A DNA stretch of 64,000 nt from an uncultured Klebsiella sp. (GTDB lineage: Bacteria > Verrucomicrobiota > Verrucomicrobiia > Limisphaerales > SXTU01): NCBI GenBank assembly GCA_964591495.1, contig CAZQEW010000008.1, forward strand, positions 2,787 to 66,786, read 5' to 3'. Numbering within the stretch: the first letter of the stretch is position 1; each line of letters starts with the position of its first letter. The notes beneath the pieces were generated by a model. That model worked only from the letters and a program-made list of their open reading frames with translations. It was not told the origin of the DNA and searched no databases. Positions 63,070-64,000 of the stretch are shown here, one piece after another. The translations under genes were made by a program, and so were the position numbers.

Positions 63070-63846
63070 ATGAAACGCCGCGCCTTCTTGAAAACTTCCC
63101 TCGCCGCCTCCGCTGCCACGGCCGCCACGGCTGCTTCCGCCGCCGCCAAGCCCGGCCCCGAGTATTACGAGCTGCGCACCTGGTCGCTCAAGGCCGCGCA
63201 GCAGCCGCGCCTCGACGCCTACCTCAGCCGCGCCTTCATCCCCGCGCTCAAGCGCCTCGGTCTCGGGCCCGTGGGCGTGTTCTCGGAGACGCTGCCCAAC
63301 GGCGAGTTGAAGGTCGTCGCGCTCATCACCTATTCCGCTCCCGAGCAGTTCGCCACGTTGTCCGCGCGCCTCGCCGCCGACGCCGAGCACCAGACGGCCG
63401 GCGCGGAGTATCTCAACGCCAAGGCCGCCGATCCCGTTTACTCGCGCATCGAAAGCGCCTTCTTCGTCGCCATCGAGGGCTTGCCCAAGCTTGCGCGGCC
63501 CGACGTCTCCAAGCCCCGCCTGTTCAACCTCCGCATCTACGAGAGCCACAACGAGCGCGCGGGCAAAAAGAAGATCGAGATGTTCAACCGCGGCGAGCTG
63601 GACATCTTCAAGCGCGTCGGCCTCACGCCCGTGATGTTCGGCGAGGCGCTCGCCGGTGCCGCCATGCCGAACCTCACCTACCTGCTGGTCTTCCCCAACG
63701 AGGACGGCCGCAAGCAGGCCTGGGACAAGTTCCGCGCCGATCCCGCCTGGCTCAAGCTCAAGGCTATCCCCGAATACGCGGACAAGGAAATCGTTTCGCG
63801 CATCACCAACCGCCTGCTCACGCCCGCGCCGTATTCGGAGCTGTAA
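63070..63846 (+). CDS. NIPSNAP family protein with a Tat-type signal
   Basis: Begins MKRRAFLKTSLAASAATAA. It has two NIPSNAP-like halves (YELRTWSLK... and FNLRIYESH...). Confidence 0.75.
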   Translation: MKRRAFLKTSLAASAATAATAASAAAKPGPEYYELRTWSLKAAQQPRLDAYLSRAFIPALKRLGLGPVGVFSETLPNGELKVVALITYSAPEQFATLSARLAADAEHQTAGAEYLNAKAADPVYSRIESAFFVAIEGLPKLARPDVSKPRLFNLRIYESHNERAGKKKIEMFNRGELDIFKRVGLTPVMFGEALAGAAMPNLTYLLVFPNEDGRKQAWDKFRADPAWLKLKAIPEYADKEIVSRITNRLLTPAPYSEL

Positions 63847-63877
63847 GCGGCAACGGCAACTTTCCGCGTGCGCGCGT

Positions 63878-63902
63878 GACGGCGGCGGCTACCCTCGCCG
63901 TC
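63878..63902 (+). terminator. Candidate terminator hairpin
   Basis: GACGGCG pairs with CGCCGTC (7-bp stem, 11-nt loop), 32 nt after the NIPSNAP stop. AATT follows, with no strong U-tract. Confidence 0.4.
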
Positions 63903-64000
63903 AATTCTCGCACGTAATGAACACCTCCCCGCTCGCCGCTCCCCTGTGCCGGCGACTTCCAGTCGCCGTCCGCAGCCTCCGACTGCTCGAAACGGCTGCT

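Noticed and set aside
63917-64000. ATG-initiated open frame (MNTSPLAAPLCRRLPVAVRSLRLLETAA...) running off the window end, containing the palindrome GGCGACTTCCAGTCGCC
   Set aside because: It is too short and truncated to support a gene call, and the palindrome may be a repeat element instead.

Overview
The window is GC-rich, gene-dense chromosomal DNA, with about 58 protein-coding genes. I found no rRNA, tRNA, CRISPR array, transposase or integrase.

The gene content points to the PVC superphylum, most likely Verrucomicrobiota. This is an inference from marker families, not a database search. The markers are prepilin-leader/H-X9-DG proteins, DUF1501, a DUF1592-DUF1552 pair, a PVC-type heme-binding dehydrogenase-domain protein and multiple sulfatases.

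Housekeeping genes:
- mutL, a GH57 branching-type enzyme, pyrG, guaA, dusB, accA, ruvB and asnB.
- A 12-gene nuo cluster at 25.4-37.7 kb, in the order A-B-C-D-I-H-J-K-L-M-M-N. It lacks nuoEFG, carries two nuoM genes and has an elongated nuoL.

Accessory-looking content:
- Three pseudopilin-like genes around an orphan DUF1501 gene (3.9-8.3 kb).
- A pyrG-DUF1501-prohibitin-prohibitin-2TM gene string (8.4-13.5 kb).
- An internally duplicated membrane protein (17.3-18.5 kb).
- A secreted Deg-type protease next to an equal-length paralogue in which all three catalytic residues are replaced (37.8-40.7 kb).
- An atypical Ser/Thr kinase.
- A three-sulfatase island (43-51.4 kb).
- A toxin-first PIN module, followed by a small membrane ORF coupled to an orphan hydro-lyase beta subunit (61.5-63.1 kb).

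Nucleotide-level oddities:
- A perfect 14-nt tandem repeat inside mutL.
- An intergenic inverted repeat whose arms are 8-mer arrays.

Many long ORFs in the supplied track are antisense shadow ORFs, which are typical of GC-rich DNA, and I rejected them. Several real genes start at internal start codons of the listed ORFs.

I did not find a clear-cut, self-evident novel multi-gene system. The strongest candidates are the protease/pseudoprotease pair, the pseudopilin-DUF1501 cluster and the unusual complex I. All family assignments come from motif recognition by eye and need HMM or BLAST confirmation.
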